A program made the translations under genes and the position numbers. Source: Candidatus Omnitrophota bacterium (GTDB lineage: Bacteria > Ratteibacteria > UBA8468 > MWAK01). From it: a stretch of DNA of 64,000 bases. The notes under the pieces are model-generated. The model saw only the letters and a program-made list of their open reading frames with translations. It was not told where the DNA came from and did no database searches. Positions within the stretch are counted from its first letter, which is position 1. Each line of letters opens with the position of its first letter. The stretch lies in the NCBI GenBank assembly GCA_043826355.1, contig JBDRQI010000002.1, positions 1 to 64,000 on the forward strand, given 5' to 3'. Shown here piece after piece: positions 19,051 to 28,852 of the stretch.

Positions 19051-20709
19051 TTAAATCCGGCCTGACCCGGAGACCAGATTTCTGATTTTGGCGCAGACCT
19101 CGTGGTTCAACAACTCTTCCAGCGAAATCGGGAGAAGGAGAGACCAATTTTCATCACTTACCGTGCCCGGCTTATTTATTCGGAACCGGGATTGGTCTCC
19201 GGTAAGAATGCTCCCTGTCATTGCGGGTCCGCTTCCGGCGGACGCGACAATCTCTTTTTTGCCGCTTGAACCGGCCAGGCTTAACCAGTCAAATATCAGT
19301 TGAATTGAAAATATTGATTTGGTTCTCAAGATAAACCTCAGCGCCGCGCCGGTTACCTCCGGGTCAGCGCTTTCCCGCGCCGGACCGTTAAGCCCCACGC
19401 GCTTCCAGAACTTTTCCTTTTCCTCCCGGGTGCTCTCTTCTTCCCACCAGGCGTTCCAATTCGTCGTGTCGTGGGTTGAAAGTGTTGCCACGGCAAGGAA
19501 ACGGTAATCTTCCGGCGGTAAAAAATCCTGGGTTCCGTTCCAGTCCTTTGCCCAGCGCTGGACGTCAATACCCGGCACAGCCAGCGCCTCCATGGTGCGC
19601 GGGCAGGCCGCCGGGATTATTCCCAGGTCCTCCCCGCACAGGAGCATCTTTGTACTCTCCAGCATGACCGACAGTATTTTCCGGCCGTGCGCTTCCCATT
19701 CGCGTTCATCCGGCGGGTCAAACGACCCGTTCGCGCCTTCATTTTCCGGCGGGTCCTGGAAAGGGATGCTCCAGATGCGGAAGAGCCCCACCACGTGGTC
19801 TATCCGCAAAATATCGTAAAATTCTCCGGCATACCTGAGTTTTTCCTTTAAATAGCGGTAGTTGTCCCCGGCTATCCTTTTCCAGTTGTAAGTGGGCATG
19901 CCCCACCGCTGTCCTTTGCGTGAGAACATATCCGGCGGCGCACCAGCCGCAAAATCCAGTTTGAAAAATTCCGGGTGCGCCCAGACGTCAGCGCTGTCCC
20001 GGCTGCTCAGGACCGGTAAGTCTCCCATCAGCAAGATGCCTTTTCCGGATGCATATGCCCTGGCATTCTTGAACTGCTTGTAAAGCAGCCACTGGATCCA
20101 AATCTGGAACCCTATTTCGGTTTTATGTTCGGAACAAAACAATTTAATGCTTTCGGCGTCGCGGTTTTGATAGGCAGCCGGCCATTCATGCCAGGGTTTA
20201 TTTTCATGATGCGCCTTCAGGACTTTGAAAAGGCCGAAATCATCAAGCCACCAGGCGTTTTCTTCTCTGAATTTCTCAACCTCATTTCGGTCTCGGTTCC
20301 GGCTCTCAAAAAATATTTCCCGAAGGACCTTTATCTTCTCCTCTTTTACCCGGTAATCCACCCGTCCCCCACTTTTTCCTCCCCTTTGAGGGGGACGGGT
20401 GCCCTTTCCAAAGTTCTGGAAAGGGGGTGCTTGAGGTGAGGGTGAATTATCTCTTTTAACCGCAGCATACATAGGCTCCAACGCAAATGAACTGACCGAT
20501 TCATAAGGGCAAAAACTATCCCCAACCTCATTCATCGGCAGTAACTGCAGGATGGAATTGCCTGTTTTTTCGCACCAGTCCGTCAGCAGTTTTAAATCTT
20601 CCAGGTTGCCGATTCCGGCACTATTCCGGGAATAGACGGAGAATAAGGGCACCAACACCCCGCTTCTCCTGCCCTTTCCGATTTCCCCCCAATTATTTTT
20701 ATTTTCCAA
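19051..20709 (-). CDS. malQ: 4-alpha-glucanotransferase (GH77)
   Basis: LQLLP, GDLP, AGAPPD.FS..GQRWG.P, RIDHVVG, GEDLG, STHD, INKPGT...NW; TTG start. Confidence 0.93.
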   Translation of the reverse strand: MENKNNWGEIGKGRRSGVLVPLFSVYSRNSAGIGNLEDLKLLTDWCEKTGNSILQLLPMNEVGDSFCPYESVSSFALEPMYAAVKRDNSPSPQAPPFQNFGKGTRPPQRGGKSGGRVDYRVKEEKIKVLREIFFESRNRDRNEVEKFREENAWWLDDFGLFKVLKAHHENKPWHEWPAAYQNRDAESIKLFCSEHKTEIGFQIWIQWLLYKQFKNARAYASGKGILLMGDLPVLSSRDSADVWAHPEFFKLDFAAGAPPDMFSRKGQRWGMPTYNWKRIAGDNYRYLKEKLRYAGEFYDILRIDHVVGLFRIWSIPFQDPPENEGANGSFDPPDEREWEAHGRKILSVMLESTKMLLCGEDLGIIPAACPRTMEALAVPGIDVQRWAKDWNGTQDFLPPEDYRFLAVATLSTHDTTNWNAWWEEESTREEKEKFWKRVGLNGPARESADPEVTGAALRFILRTKSIFSIQLIFDWLSLAGSSGKKEIVASAGSGPAMTGSILTGDQSRFRINKPGTVSDENWSLLLPISLEELLNHEVCAKIRNLVSGSGRI

Positions 20710-20889
20710 GGTATGGGGTATTGTTTAGTAACCCTTAGTGTGTCCCGGTCAACATTATACCAAATTTTATAGTTCGAAATCATCCTGCAAATTTATTCCC
20801 CTTGCCTCAAATCCTCTCCCTTCGGGGGGAGAAGGAGGGGCGATGGTTTTCTTGACCGTGGTCCTTCGGGGTGATAAGATAAGCTTTGG

Positions 20890-21489
20890 ATGGTCTGGAT
20901 TTCCGGAGTTATTGCCGGGTATTTAATCGGTTCGCTCTCCTTCGCCTACCTGGTTACCGGACTGGTCAAAGGCGTTGACATCCGTACCCTCGGCACGGGA
21001 AACGCCGGCGCAGCCAACGTTTCCCGCGAGGTAGGCAAACTCTGGGGAATTCTGGTTTGGTTCCTGGATACCGCCAAGGGGATTGCCGCGGTATTTGTCG
21101 CGGCCCTGTGGTCAGGCGCCTTTCCGAAACCGTTGCCGCTTCAAGTCCTTTTGCTGACCCTGGTTGGTTGCGCGGCGGTCCTGGGCCATTCCTACCCTTT
21201 GTTTCTGAAATTCAAGGGCGGCAAAGGCGCCTCCACCGCCGGCGGATTGATACTTTATCTCTTTCCGAAACTTTTTCCCCTGGTCATAACGCTCTTCTTT
21301 CTCGCCCAGAAGCTGGGCCCGAACAATAGAGGCGTCATCTTGCTTTCAACCGCTATTTTTTTCCTTTATCTTTACGGTTTTTACGGCGCTTCCGGCTTCG
21401 GGTGCCACGTTCTTTCCTTTCTTTTTCTTATCCTGACGAGTTTTTTAACAAACCGCGGCATTTTACGGGTTTTATTTCCGAAGAGATGA
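20890..21489 (+). CDS. plsY: Glycerol-3-phosphate acyltransferase PlsY
   Basis: YLIGS, DIR..GTGNAGAAN, D.AKG, GHSYP..KFKGGKG. Confidence 0.9.
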   Translation: MVWISGVIAGYLIGSLSFAYLVTGLVKGVDIRTLGTGNAGAANVSREVGKLWGILVWFLDTAKGIAAVFVAALWSGAFPKPLPLQVLLLTLVGCAAVLGHSYPLFLKFKGGKGASTAGGLILYLFPKLFPLVITLFFLAQKLGPNNRGVILLSTAIFFLYLYGFYGASGFGCHVLSFLFLILTSFLTNRGILRVLFPKR

Positions 21490-22349
21490 CGAAGATGTGG
21501 GCAAGAATTCTGATAGATATCTTCTTAATTATCCTGGGAACGGTGCTGGTAACCGGCTTTCGTTCGCTCAAACCAAAAAGGATGCCCATTGTTATCAGGC
21601 CGGCGGACCTGGGGCTTGAAAGCCGGGATGTCGTTTTTCAGACACGGGACGGAAAAACCCTGAAGGGCTGGTTTATCCCCTCGAAAAAAGCGAGGGGCAC
21701 AATTATAGGCTGCCACGGTTACCCGGCCAACAAATCCGACATCCTGCCGGTAATCAGTTTTCTCAATCCGGAATTCAACCTCCTCCTTTTTGACTTCCGG
21801 GCTCACGGTGAAAGCGAAGGTTTTATAACAACCTTCGGCTTAAAGGAGGTCTGGGACCTGGAGGCCGCCATAGATTATTTGAAAGAAGACCCGGACGCCA
21901 AATCAAAACCGGTCGGCGTCTGGGGCTATTCCCTGGGCGGCGCGGTTGCGATTCTGACAGCCGCCGGGAATCCGCACATAAAAGCGGTTGTCAGCGATTC
22001 CGCCTTCGCCAACTTTCCGGAGATGGTTACCGTCAATTTTCAGAATCTGGGTCCCTTAAAATATGCTTTTTCCTTTCTTTCCCGGCTCTTGAGCAGGGTT
22101 ATATTCCGGATGGATTACATCAGGAACAGCCCCGAGTTCCATATCGGAAAAGTGCATGTTCCGGTTCTGTTAATACATTCGCCAAACGATGAATTTGTTC
22201 CCATAGACCATGCCCGGCGGCTCTACCGGAACGCCAACCCTCCGAAAGAATTGCTGGAGACCGGCGGTACGCACACCAGTTTTGAACATGCCCGCGTTGA
22301 CGATTATCAGACGAAGACAAGGAACTGGTTTGAAAAGTATCTTCAATAA
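21486..22349 (+). CDS. Alpha/beta hydrolase with N-terminal membrane anchor
   Basis: CHGY, DFRAHGES, GYSLGG nucleophile elbow, D..VP, H; ATGA overlap with plsY. Confidence 0.88.
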   Translation: MTKMWARILIDIFLIILGTVLVTGFRSLKPKRMPIVIRPADLGLESRDVVFQTRDGKTLKGWFIPSKKARGTIIGCHGYPANKSDILPVISFLNPEFNLLLFDFRAHGESEGFITTFGLKEVWDLEAAIDYLKEDPDAKSKPVGVWGYSLGGAVAILTAAGNPHIKAVVSDSAFANFPEMVTVNFQNLGPLKYAFSFLSRLLSRVIFRMDYIRNSPEFHIGKVHVPVLLIHSPNDEFVPIDHARRLYRNANPPKELLETGGTHTSFEHARVDDYQTKTRNWFEKYLQ

Positions 22350-23275
22350 TGTTAATGCGAAAGAAAGGGGCGCCGGAGGATATCAGGGTGAAACAAGTTC
22401 TTCACATTACGGGCGGCGACTGTTCGGGGAGCAACCTCGGGAGGAGCGGGGTTCCCGGAGACGTGTTCGTCTGGCACGATATCCTTTATGACGGCCCAAG
22501 AAAATTGGGCTGGCCGGATGATGGTGCGTTTCGCGACCGCGCGCGGTTCATCGAACGCGCAACCGGCGGAGGATTGAGCAGGGAACTCGTTTTGGAAACT
22601 TTGAAGAACCAGTACCGCAGGCTTGAAACATCCGCAGAATACGAACGGCTTGTCCTCTGGTTTGACGCATGCCTTTTCGACCAGGCGATGCTTGTTCACG
22701 TTCTTGCCTGTTTGAAATTTCTGAAAATTCAAAACGTCGACCTTCTCTGCGTGGATGCCTTTCCCGGAATCGTGCCGTTCGACGGGCTCGGGCAGCTTCT
22801 GCCGGAACAGTTGGCTTCCGTGTACAGCAAGCGTCAACCCGTAACAGCGGCGCAATTCCATTTCGCCGAACAAGTCGATAGAGCGTTTGCGCTGCAGGAC
22901 AAGACCGCGTTCGCCAAGATATCAGTTTTTTCAGACGCGCCCCTGCCGTGGATTCCGGCTGCCGTGAAGCGCTGGCTTCAGGAACAACCGGACGAGGAGA
23001 CGGGACTGGGGCGGCTTGAACATCTTGCGCTGGAAGCGATACGTTCCGGCCGGGAGACTCCCGGAGAGATATTTGCGTTTGTATCCGCAAAAGACGCCCA
23101 CCCGCACTTCTGGGGAGACACAACCCTTTGGGCAAAGATTAACGCCTTGACCGACCGCAAGCCGCCGCTGGCGCGGATTGCGGGACCAGGGCAGAGGTTA
23201 CCCCAATGGGAAGGCATTGCCGACGTACATCTTTTCAGAGTATACCCCGCGGCGCCGGCCGCAAAAGATTTCTAA
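22349..23275 (+). CDS. DUF1835-like protein
   Basis: LHIT.GD, W.D.L.DGP, LWFD..LFDQ, GLGQL, GD motifs. Confidence 0.7.
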   Translation: MLMRKKGAPEDIRVKQVLHITGGDCSGSNLGRSGVPGDVFVWHDILYDGPRKLGWPDDGAFRDRARFIERATGGGLSRELVLETLKNQYRRLETSAEYERLVLWFDACLFDQAMLVHVLACLKFLKIQNVDLLCVDAFPGIVPFDGLGQLLPEQLASVYSKRQPVTAAQFHFAEQVDRAFALQDKTAFAKISVFSDAPLPWIPAAVKRWLQEQPDEETGLGRLEHLALEAIRSGRETPGEIFAFVSAKDAHPHFWGDTTLWAKINALTDRKPPLARIAGPGQRLPQWEGIADVHLFRVYPAAPAAKDF

Positions 23276-23376
23276 TCCACCTTTTTTAATCAATTCAGCG
23301 ACGGTTTTTGTTTCAGGGAACAACCCTTCGCGAAGTTGACCTTGAAGTTCAATAAGAAGTAAAATCTTGTAACTTT

Positions 23377-23448
23377 GCGGGAATAACTCAGTGGTAGAGT
23401 ACGACCTTCCCAAGGTCGGAGTCGCGGGTTCGAATCCCGTTTCCCGCT
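23377..23448 (+). tRNA. tRNA-Gly(CCC)
   Basis: GCGGGAA/TTCCCGC acceptor stem; CGACC-TTCCCAA-GGTCG anticodon arm; GGTTCGAATCC T-arm. Confidence 0.96.
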
Positions 23449-23509
23449 CCGCTCCCTTGTTCCCGCTTAGCCGGGCGGGATTCTCAATTAATTACAACCC
23501 TGCCAGCAG

Positions 23510-24391
23510 TTAACTTACTTCGCCTCTTCGGCGTGTGGCAGGGAGGCTGCAGTGTGTCAACCGGAGAAGCCGCCGGGCATTATCCTCGGTAACCAGCCGA
23601 AAGGTCTTTTGGTCCAGGCCGATATTCCTGATGAATTCAATTATCGGCGTTTCCTGGCCCGGCTTCAGGTAATCGGTGCCGAAAAGAAGTTGTCTGGCGT
23701 GACGCTTCAAAAAAAGTTTACTGTATTCCGGGTCCCGGCTAAGGCCGGTGTAACCGCTGCCGGCGGAAAAGTCGCCGTATAAATTGGGATATTTTCCAAG
23801 CAAATAATCAATTTTCCCGGGTTTCTCTATTTTTCCGGTTGGATAGCCGTTTTTGTCCGCAAGGCTGACCTTATCCGACATTTCCGCCCAGAAACCGGGT
23901 CCGTGAACGATAACGGAAGTTTCCGGAAATTCTTTCAAAACCTCTTCCAGATAAGGAAGGCCGATTTTGTCGTATAGGCCCAGGGTACAACTCTGGATAT
24001 GCAGCAAAACCGGAATTTTAAGTTTACCGCAAGCCCGGAAGATGTTTTTCATTCTCGGGTCGTTGACCTTCAGGTTGGCCAAAACTTCTCCGAACCCGCG
24101 GCAGCCCTGGTCCAGATACTCTTTGATTATGGGTTCCGGGTTCCAGTGACCATCGTTCATACTGCGCCTGGGGTCAACATTGCAAAAAGGAATGAGCCGG
24201 GTCGGATAACGCCGGCTGGCTCGTAAAATTTCCTTCGTAGTCACATAATAATCAATCTCTTCCGGGTTCTCTATGGGCAGAAGCACCGCTTTGCTTATTC
24301 CGTTCTTGTCCATAAAGCGAATCATGTCGGCCGGGGTTAAAAATTTTTCCCCGTATCGCAACCTGCCAATATGCGTGTGAATATCAATCAT
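23510..24391 (-). CDS. Amidohydrolase family protein (Amidohydro_2)
   Basis: IDIHTH, GFGE, PVLLH, LLFGTDY. Confidence 0.88.
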   Translation of the reverse strand: MIDIHTHIGRLRYGEKFLTPADMIRFMDKNGISKAVLLPIENPEEIDYYVTTKEILRASRRYPTRLIPFCNVDPRRSMNDGHWNPEPIIKEYLDQGCRGFGEVLANLKVNDPRMKNIFRACGKLKIPVLLHIQSCTLGLYDKIGLPYLEEVLKEFPETSVIVHGPGFWAEMSDKVSLADKNGYPTGKIEKPGKIDYLLGKYPNLYGDFSAGSGYTGLSRDPEYSKLFLKRHARQLLFGTDYLKPGQETPIIEFIRNIGLDQKTFRLVTEDNARRLLRLTHCSLPATRRRGEVS

Positions 24392-24410
24392 ACCCGCGTC
24401 TCCCTTCTAA

Positions 24411-25733
24411 TTACTTTTTAAGCGTTGTCAGCCCCCAGCTTCCGAGACGTTTCGGATCACCCTTGTCTCCCGCCAGGAGCTCCCGGTAATTCTCCGCCAC
24501 CTTTCGGAAAGCCGCTGCGTATTCGTTAATAATTTTCGGGTAGTAGCGCTTAAACCAGGGAATACGGAATACTGTAGCCTGGATTCCCTCGGAGACCGGC
24601 AGGGACCCTTTTGGCTGCCTTAAATCCCGTCCTGAATTGGCAATCCGGGTGGGCTTGCCCTGGCGGTAAACATCAATGGTATTAAATAAAGGGTGCAGGT
24701 GCAGGGCCTGGTTACAACCAGGAGAGGTTGGTGCTCCTTCCGCGGTGACCGCCTCGCAAAACCGGCTGACGGAAAAACCGCCTAATTCCGCGGAGTTATA
24801 AAGACCCAAAGAAGAATACCAGCCACCCATCGTTGTCCGGGAGCCCTTTGGAGGCCGGTTTGACTTGATGCCGGGCACGCCTTTCAGCAAATCCCAGAAA
24901 TAGTTCATGGCTTTGTCTATCTCCGCCATCTCCTTTGGGTATTTCTTCAGTTGAACCAGGCCCACGGCCGAAGAGAGTTGGTGCATGCGGTATTTGTAGC
25001 CGCCCCAGGGAAGACCAGCGCCGGCCGCGAGTTCCGGCAAAGTCAGTTCCGCGGAGCGTTCGTAGAAACCGAAAGCAACGGCTCTCTGGTAAACCGTCCG
25101 GTTGTTGGTCAGCAGGATGCCTGCCTCGCCGATGGCAAAGGACTTGCCGCTCATCAGGGAAAAAGCGGCCGCGTCCCCGAAGGTCCCAACAAATTTGCCT
25201 TTGTATAAAGCACCGTGGGCGTGGGAAACATCCTCAATGACTTTCAGTTTGTGTTTCCCGGCAATAGCCATAATCTTATCCATCTCCGCGGGTCTTCCGC
25301 AGTAGTGGACCACGATGATAGCCTTGGTCTTTTTGGTAATCCGGTGTTCAATATCGCCGGGGTCAAGACAGAGTGTTTGCGGGTCTATCTCGGCAAAGAC
25401 CACTGTCCCGCCCAGAGAATAGACCGGCAGGCAAGAAGCCCAATAGGTGACGCTGGGGCAGATGATTTCATCGCCGGCGCCTATCCCCAGACCGAACATG
25501 GCGCACTGCAGGGCTGCGGTTCCGGTACTGCAGCCCAGGCCATACTTCATTTTGTGCCAGTCGGCAAAACCGCGCTCGAACTTCCTGGTTACGTCGGAAC
25601 CGGACATATTGCCGGAACGCAGAACTTTGAGAACCGCACTTTCAATCTCTTTGGTTATAATGGGCCAGGTGAAGATATCCCTGGAGTTACTTTTAACTGC
25701 TTTCGCACCACCAAGAAGCGCCAATACGGACAT
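24411..25733 (-). CDS. DegT/DnrJ/EryC1/StrS PLP-dependent aminotransferase
   Basis: GTAAL, VVHYCG, IEDVSHAHGA, FSLMSGK, GEAG. Confidence 0.92.
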   Translation of the reverse strand: MSVLALLGGAKAVKSNSRDIFTWPIITKEIESAVLKVLRSGNMSGSDVTRKFERGFADWHKMKYGLGCSTGTAALQCAMFGLGIGAGDEIICPSVTYWASCLPVYSLGGTVVFAEIDPQTLCLDPGDIEHRITKKTKAIIVVHYCGRPAEMDKIMAIAGKHKLKVIEDVSHAHGALYKGKFVGTFGDAAAFSLMSGKSFAIGEAGILLTNNRTVYQRAVAFGFYERSAELTLPELAAGAGLPWGGYKYRMHQLSSAVGLVQLKKYPKEMAEIDKAMNYFWDLLKGVPGIKSNRPPKGSRTTMGGWYSSLGLYNSAELGGFSVSRFCEAVTAEGAPTSPGCNQALHLHPLFNTIDVYRQGKPTRIANSGRDLRQPKGSLPVSEGIQATVFRIPWFKRYYPKIINEYAAAFRKVAENYRELLAGDKGDPKRLGSWGLTTLKK

Positions 25734-25949
25734 AACTCCCCCCTATTAAACTTCGGTCAATCCGATTAAACTGCTTAATATTAAAGCATACCACGGTTTT
25801 CCCCGTCGGTCAAACAAATTTATCTGTTTAGCGTTTTGATTAAAAACTGTGTTATTATATCCCATGGCTGGCTCCAAAACTCCGGTCAGGGCTATTCCCC
25901 CCCATTTCTGGCACAAGCGGTAATTGCGGTAAACAGCAAAGGAGGCGAC

Positions 25950-26351
25950 ATGAAAAAAGTGCTATTTGTCTGCGTGGAAAACTCCTGCCGGAGTCAAATG
26001 GCTGAGGGTTTTGCCCGCAATCTGGGCGAAGGTATCATCGAGGCATACAGCGCCGGTTCCCGGCCCTCGGGAAAGATAAATCCGGAAGCGATACGGGTGA
26101 TGCGGGAGTTGGGTATAGACATTTCATCTCAAGAGTCAAAAGGTTTTGACCGGCTGCCGGTAAAGGAGTTTGATTATGTAATAACTTTGGGCTGTAAGGA
26201 CGCCTGCCCTTTTGTGCCGTCAAAACAACATATAGATTGGAATATTGAAGACCCCAAGGACAAAGATACGGAATTTTTCCGGAAGGTCAGGGATGATATT
26301 GCGGAAAAGATTAAAGAGTTGATAAGAACATGCGGCGCGACTGTAACGTAA
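25950..26351 (+). CDS. arsC: Arsenate reductase / LMW-PTPase family
   Basis: LFVCVENSCRSQMAE, C..ACP, W.IEDP; RBS GGAGG. Confidence 0.9.
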   Translation: MKKVLFVCVENSCRSQMAEGFARNLGEGIIEAYSAGSRPSGKINPEAIRVMRELGIDISSQESKGFDRLPVKEFDYVITLGCKDACPFVPSKQHIDWNIEDPKDKDTEFFRKVRDDIAEKIKELIRTCGATVT

Positions 26352-26360
26352 TCTTCTGTT

Positions 26361-26390
26361 TTGCAAAAACATTCCTCCGTGAAGTATAAT
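26361..26390 (+). promoter_or_regulatory. Putative promoter of purF-carA-carB
   Basis: TTGCAA-N18-TATAAT. Confidence 0.45.
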
Positions 26391-26447
26391 AATCAAATTA
26401 TTGGCGAAAAATTTTTAGTTGTCTGGAACCGCCACCCCCCAACCTCT

Positions 26448-27764
26448 ATGGTTAGTTTTGCAGAAAACTGCGGACTTTTCGGAATCCATTCTGACAAAAA
26501 TTGCATTTATGACCTCTATTACGGCATCTTTAAACTGCAGCACCGCGGCCAGCGTTACTGCGGCATCGCCACCGCCCGGAAAGAACTGAAACTGATTACG
26601 CACAAGGGATTTGTCCGCCACACCTTCACCCCCCCGGAATTAAAGGATTTGTCCGGCTGTTCCGGCATCGGCCATGTAAGTTTGAGCGAAAGACAGCCGA
26701 TAATGATGGAATCCAGGCTGGGCCCTTTTGCCATCGCCTTCAGCGGCAACATCATCAATGCCGAAGGTCTCTTCAACGAATTGAAAAAGAACGGCCACTC
26801 TTTTTTCACCCATACCCAGATAGAACTTCTGGCTAAGATGGTTGTTCAGGGGAAAGACTTTGTCCAGGGCCTGGAGCTGTTGGCGAAAAAGATTAAAGGT
26901 TCTTACACCATCCTAATTCTGACCAAAAAAGGAATCTATGCCGCCCGGGACCCGTTAGGGTTCAAGCCGCTTATTCTGGGCAAAAGAGGCGATGCTTTTG
27001 CCGTCGCTTCGGAATCCCGGCCGTTCAGTTTAATCGGTTTTGAAATTTTCCGCGACGTAAAACCAGGTGAAATTGTTCTGATTAACCAGGACGGAATTAA
27101 CACCAAGAGCGTTGTCAATAAAGGGAAGACAGCGCATTGCGCATTTGAGTGGGGTTATATTGCTTCGATGGATTCAGTCATTGACGGAGTGCCGGTAGTG
27201 CGGGTCAGGAATAACCTGGGTGCCAGCCTGGCAAAGACAGACAACGTTAAGGCAGATCTGGTTGCCGCTGTTCCATTTTCCGGAATCGGATATGCGCTCG
27301 GTTATCATAAGGAATCCGGCATTTCTTATGACGAGGTATTCCTCTTCGACCGGTTTGCCAGCCGCAGTTACCTGCCCCTGACCCAGCGCCTGCGCGACCT
27401 GGAAGCAAAGATAAAACTTTCGGTAATCAAGGACGTGGTTCAAGGGAAAAGGATTATCCTCTGCGACGATTCCATTGTCCGGGGGACCCAGATTCGCAAC
27501 AAAGTGCTGGAATTAAAGGCGGCCGGCGCCAGAGAGGTGCACGTGCGGATCGGCTGCCCGCCCCTGAAAGCGCCTTGCCGATATGACATCTCCACCCGTT
27601 CTTACAAAGAGCTGGCGGCCCGGCGCCATTCCACGGAAGAGATTGCCGGGCTTATCGGCGCGGATACGCTTAAATATTGTTCGCTCAAGGACCTGGTGGC
27701 TGCCATCGGCCTGCCGAGCGCCGATTTGTGCCTTCGCTGCTGGTCGGAAAAGAGAGCAATTTGA
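26448..27764 (+). CDS. purF: Amidophosphoribosyltransferase-like protein (Fe-S type) with divergent glutamine site
   Basis: ENCGLFG, LQHRGQ, RDPLG..PL, CAFE, DDSIVRGT, PC.Y, CLRC. Confidence 0.9.
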   Translation: MVSFAENCGLFGIHSDKNCIYDLYYGIFKLQHRGQRYCGIATARKELKLITHKGFVRHTFTPPELKDLSGCSGIGHVSLSERQPIMMESRLGPFAIAFSGNIINAEGLFNELKKNGHSFFTHTQIELLAKMVVQGKDFVQGLELLAKKIKGSYTILILTKKGIYAARDPLGFKPLILGKRGDAFAVASESRPFSLIGFEIFRDVKPGEIVLINQDGINTKSVVNKGKTAHCAFEWGYIASMDSVIDGVPVVRVRNNLGASLAKTDNVKADLVAAVPFSGIGYALGYHKESGISYDEVFLFDRFASRSYLPLTQRLRDLEAKIKLSVIKDVVQGKRIILCDDSIVRGTQIRNKVLELKAAGAREVHVRIGCPPLKAPCRYDISTRSYKELAARRHSTEEIAGLIGADTLKYCSLKDLVAAIGLPSADLCLRCWSEKRAI

Positions 27765-28852
27765 TGCAAACACCAAAAATCGGGTTTCAATCCATGAAAA
27801 AAGGCTTATTTATTCTGGAAGACGGCGCTGTCTGGGAAGGGATTTCCAGGGGTGCTTCCGGAGAGTTTGCCGGCGAAGCCGTCTTTTATACCGGCGTGAT
27901 CGGATATCAGGATTTGCTGACCGACCCGGCTTACTCCGGCAAAATCGCGGTAATGACTTATCCCCATATCGGGAATTACGGAATCAACCGGGAGGAATTT
28001 GCCTCAGACCGGGTCTGGGCGAAAGGAATCATCGTCAAAGAGGTCAGCCGCATTTACAGCAACTGGCAGGCGTATGAGGGCCTGGTAACCTTCGCCAAAA
28101 AGAACAAGATGTTCATCCTTTCCGGAGTGGATACCCAAAACATTACCAAACACCTTCGGATTCACGGTTCTATGAGGGGGATGCTTGCGGACGGCCGTAC
28201 CAGCGGAAAGAGCCTTCTGGCGAAACTGAAATTGTTCCGCCCGTCTGAAAAGAGGGTTGCGGAAGCGAGCTGCCGTAAACCCTACGTCTGGCCGATCGCA
28301 AGTAAAGCCGCCTCTCCTAAAGTCGCCGTAGTGGACCTGGGCCTGAACCGGGAATCATTAAAGCAATTATCCGCACTCGGCTGCGGGATAACCGTTCTTC
28401 CTTTCAACGCCAAAACCAGCGAAATCCTTTCCGGTAATCCGGACGGCATCTTTCTCTCCAGCGGACCCGGTGACCCGGCCTTGCTGACAGCGACGGCCGG
28501 ATATTTGAAAGATTTAATCCCGGAAAAGCCAATTCTGGGTATCGGACTGGGTTTTCAGGTTCTGTGCCTGGCGCTCGGCGGGAAGAGTTTTCGAATGAAA
28601 TCAGGACATTACGGACTCAACCAGCCGGTTAAAAACCTTGCCGAAGGACGGTGCCTGTCCACCAAACAGAACCATCTTTTTACTATTGCCGCCGACTCTC
28701 TGGGTCCGGATGTAACCGTTACCCACCTTCACCTCAACGACCAGACGGTGGAGGGGATAACCCACAAAAAACTTCCCCTTTTCGGGGTTCAATACTGTCC
28801 GGATCAGGCCGATCCTGTTTTTCAACAATTCCTGGAAAAACTTAATGCCTAA
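27764..28852 (+). CDS. carA: Carbamoyl-phosphate synthase small subunit lacking the glutaminase triad
   Basis: LEDG, GE.VF.T...[27 protein letters not shown] in place of GICLG and QYCPD in place of QYHPE; TGATG coupling to purF. Confidence 0.92.
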   Translation: MQTPKIGFQSMKKGLFILEDGAVWEGISRGASGEFAGEAVFYTGVIGYQDLLTDPAYSGKIAVMTYPHIGNYGINREEFASDRVWAKGIIVKEVSRIYSNWQAYEGLVTFAKKNKMFILSGVDTQNITKHLRIHGSMRGMLADGRTSGKSLLAKLKLFRPSEKRVAEASCRKPYVWPIASKAASPKVAVVDLGLNRESLKQLSALGCGITVLPFNAKTSEILSGNPDGIFLSSGPGDPALLTATAGYLKDLIPEKPILGIGLGFQVLCLALGGKSFRMKSGHYGLNQPVKNLAEGRCLSTKQNHLFTIAADSLGPDVTVTHLHLNDQTVEGITHKKLPLFGVQYCPDQADPVFQQFLEKLNA

